DNA of 64,000 nucleotides from Octopus vulgaris (Eukaryota). The translations under genes were made by a program, and so were the position numbers. The DNA lies in contig OX597816.1 of the NCBI GenBank assembly GCA_951406725.2, positions 151,342,001 through 151,406,000 of the forward strand, given 5' to 3'. Shown here piece after piece: positions 62,304-64,000 of this stretch (position 1 is its first letter; each line of letters begins with the position of its first letter). The notes below the pieces were generated by a model. The model did no database searches. It was given only the letters and a program-made list of their open reading frames with translations, and was not told the origin of the DNA.

Positions 62304-62509
62304 GTGTGTGTGTGTGTGTGTGTGTATGTTTGAGTGTATTTATGCATATATATTGTATATACGTACATAAACTTAATCTATGTATGTTGTTTTAATTCCA
62401 GGACTTGCAACAAAATTTGAAACCTACTCTAGATTTCCTTGATACTCGTTTGGAACAGTCCAGCTTAGCTTGCTGGGAAGGAAGCTTAAAACAGTCTCCT
62501 CTTTGGTGA
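47233..62509 (+). CDS. Small uncharacterised protein, 7 coding exons (47233-47287, 50820-50935, 52041-52105, 53909-53946, 58202-58278, 59078-59140, 62402-62509; 173 aa)
   Basis: 55+116+65+38+77+63+108=522 nt with all phases compatible (1,0,2,1,0,0) and strong polypyrimidine acceptors. Five GT donors and one GC donor (AAA|gcaagt). Product: MAVDKKIFYVKISSPVVAISHSKKVQCIIVDSSYSFRSIQDKILDKIDIDKKSHVIKARNSKGSVITLTGKVPSNTSDNPYHIEVIPHYYHAKPLSFVNRDYLTVFVNAKLKSFTRRLEALQAAIPDYPKTIEERIFKDLQQNLKPTLDFLDTRLEQSSLACWEGSLKQSPLW. Confidence 0.8.
49480..50520 (-). mobile_element. Old RTE-tail-bearing repeat with purine-rich body (related segments at 31795-32600 and 21290-21800)
   Basis: catcatcatcagtccattttcatactggcatgg...ctggatgtccttcctaatgc resembles the RTE tail and is followed by about 700 nt of G/A-rich sequence. 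The same layout occurs at 31795. Confidence 0.5.
52694..53280 (-). mobile_element. RTE 3' end inserted at a (TA)n tract
   Basis: (CAT)n-cgtttaatgtccgttttccatgctagcatgggttggac..., homologous to 6878-7520 and 12071-12240. Confidence 0.8.
55805..55856. repeat. (TA)n microsatellite (others at 41302, 43080, 52647, 62256 and 62940-63230)
   Basis: Directly visible dinucleotide runs. Confidence 0.95.
55880..57635 (-). mobile_element. 5'-truncated Penelope-like retroelement (RT C-terminus plus GIY-YIG endonuclease), antisense in intron 4 of the 173-aa gene
   Basis: WKRYLDDCFIIW...LNNLHPSLKFT...LPFLDIMV...TDIYYKHTDTHQYLNFKSCHPPHTKRNIPY. One frameshift near 56880, then NLIYCIKCPNCEEIYVGQTGNALLERSRVH...FEPKLN. 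Flanked by (TA)-rich microsatellites. Confidence 0.92.
56021..56065 (-). ncRNA. Minimal type I hammerhead ribozyme (U4C core variant) in the Penelope 3' terminal region
   Basis: Minus strand reads UGAAC CCGAAGA U-UGCA-GAAUUCAA-UGCA-U GAA AGUACU A GUUCA: perfect 5-bp stem I, 4-bp stem II, palindromic stem III AGUACU. Same strand as the element. Confidence 0.72.
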
Positions 62510-62990
62510 TCCATTCTCTGTTAACATATACATTCATATCCATGTTGTTTATCAAACCTCACCCTACATATTTTTCATCCGTTTTCCTTGATAACATGGG
62601 AGATGGTTTCCACAAATTTGTACATTTGCATGATATTGACATTAAAATGCATTACAATTGGATGCATTTTCTAGCACTACCCACTCAACTATTCAATGTG
62701 TATGGGGATGCTTTATCCCCTGGTACACTGAGGTAAGCATGAGCATGACACAATGGGTGTAGTAGGATTTAAACTGAATGATAGCAAGTAACCCAAAATT
62801 TTTATCTCACAGTCATTATGTCTTTTTATGGCAGTAAAGAAAAACTGATGTAAAATGATGAGATGGATGATGATGATATACACACAAAATGTGTGAATAT
62901 CTATATGTCTGACTGACTGACTGACTGTCTGTCTGTCTATATATATACATACACATTTGTGTGTGATATAATATATATAGCTCACATAAA

Positions 62991-63024
<34 letters not shown>

Positions 63025-64000
63025 CACACAAATGCATATGTAAATATATATATATATATACACACAAATGCATATGTAAATATATATATACATGTGTGTA
63101 TGCATTCATGTGCATGTATAAATAAGTTATATATATAAGTGTATGTATCTATAATATGAATATATATGTATGTGTGTGTATACAATATACATAAGTATAT
63201 TGTATGCATATGTATATTATGTATATTCAAAACATGACTATGTTCTAATATAATCTTTTTTGATTAAAGTTCTTTTGTTTATCAGACCCTAATAGTTTGT
63301 TTGGAACATTAAAGTTCCTATATATATATCATTACCAATGTTTCCAGACTATCTCAGTCTTTTCGTTAGGATGGAAAATAGTTTTGGTTTTTGTATTGCC
63401 CTTTTAACAGTGGGTGGCTTGTCTTTATATAGCCTTTCCTTCCAGAATTTGTTAGAGTATTGCATCATCAGATTTGCATTTATGTCAGGTAAATGTTGTT
63501 GCCTTTTAGCATTGCTTCCATAAGCAATCATCTATTACTGGGGAGAATTTCTAAGATTTTTTGTTAATATTTTCCTGTCCATTTTGTTTTTTGTTGTTTG
63601 GTATAGTGTGTGTACTATTCTTTGTTTTAAAAGCATGGTGAGCCTACAAGAGAATGCTGTAAGTTAATGTTTTATTCTAATCAAAAACTTGCAGACATGA
63701 TGATTCCAACTTTATAGTGGACCAAACAAGTACAACACCCACTTGTATGCTCACCATGATTTAAAATAGAGAGCAGTTGTTTCACATCATAAAACAAAAC
63801 TAGTTGGGAAAATATTAACAGAAAATACTTCCATAATTTTTTAGATTTCTCCATAGTAATACATAACTGATTATGGAAGCAAAATTAATATTACACCACA
63901 AGGCTACAATTAACTTACAATGTACATCACAAATACAGATCTGAAGATGTAAAACTCTAATACTCTAACAATCAAATTCTGATGGGGAGAGCATAACTAA

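Noticed and set aside
43039-63230. ORFs rich in YI/CV/HT dipeptides or poly-N/poly-L, including the first ~80 aa of 56847..57878
   Set aside because: Translations of (TA)n, (CA)n and (AAT)n microsatellites.

Overview
AT-rich, intron-rich animal genomic DNA. The tRNA-type SINEs, RTE tails ending in (CAT)n/(TGA)n and dense (TA)n/(CA)n microsatellites suggest an octopus or other coleoid cephalopod; this is an inference from recalled repeat families. The ORF track is misleading because the genes are spliced. Manual splicing gives three tandem + strand paralogues (CDS 2904-10467, 16547-24933, 30093-40731). Each has four coding exons, identical intron phases (1,2,0) and an uninterrupted frame (613, 631 and 640 aa). 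Each encodes an N-terminal array of 23-aa STPR-like repeats, a linker, a BTB/POZ domain and an acidic tail with SUMO-consensus motifs. I know of no described STPR+BTB architecture, and the copies are mosaic in a way that suggests gene conversion. A fourth gene of 7 exons and 173 aa (47233-62509, one GC-AG intron) follows. The remainder is mobile DNA: RTE and other LINE relics, three Tigger/pogo elements, a mariner with nested insertions, Tc1-family fragments, a Penelope-like element, SINEs, foldbacks, and three minimal hammerhead ribozyme motifs.
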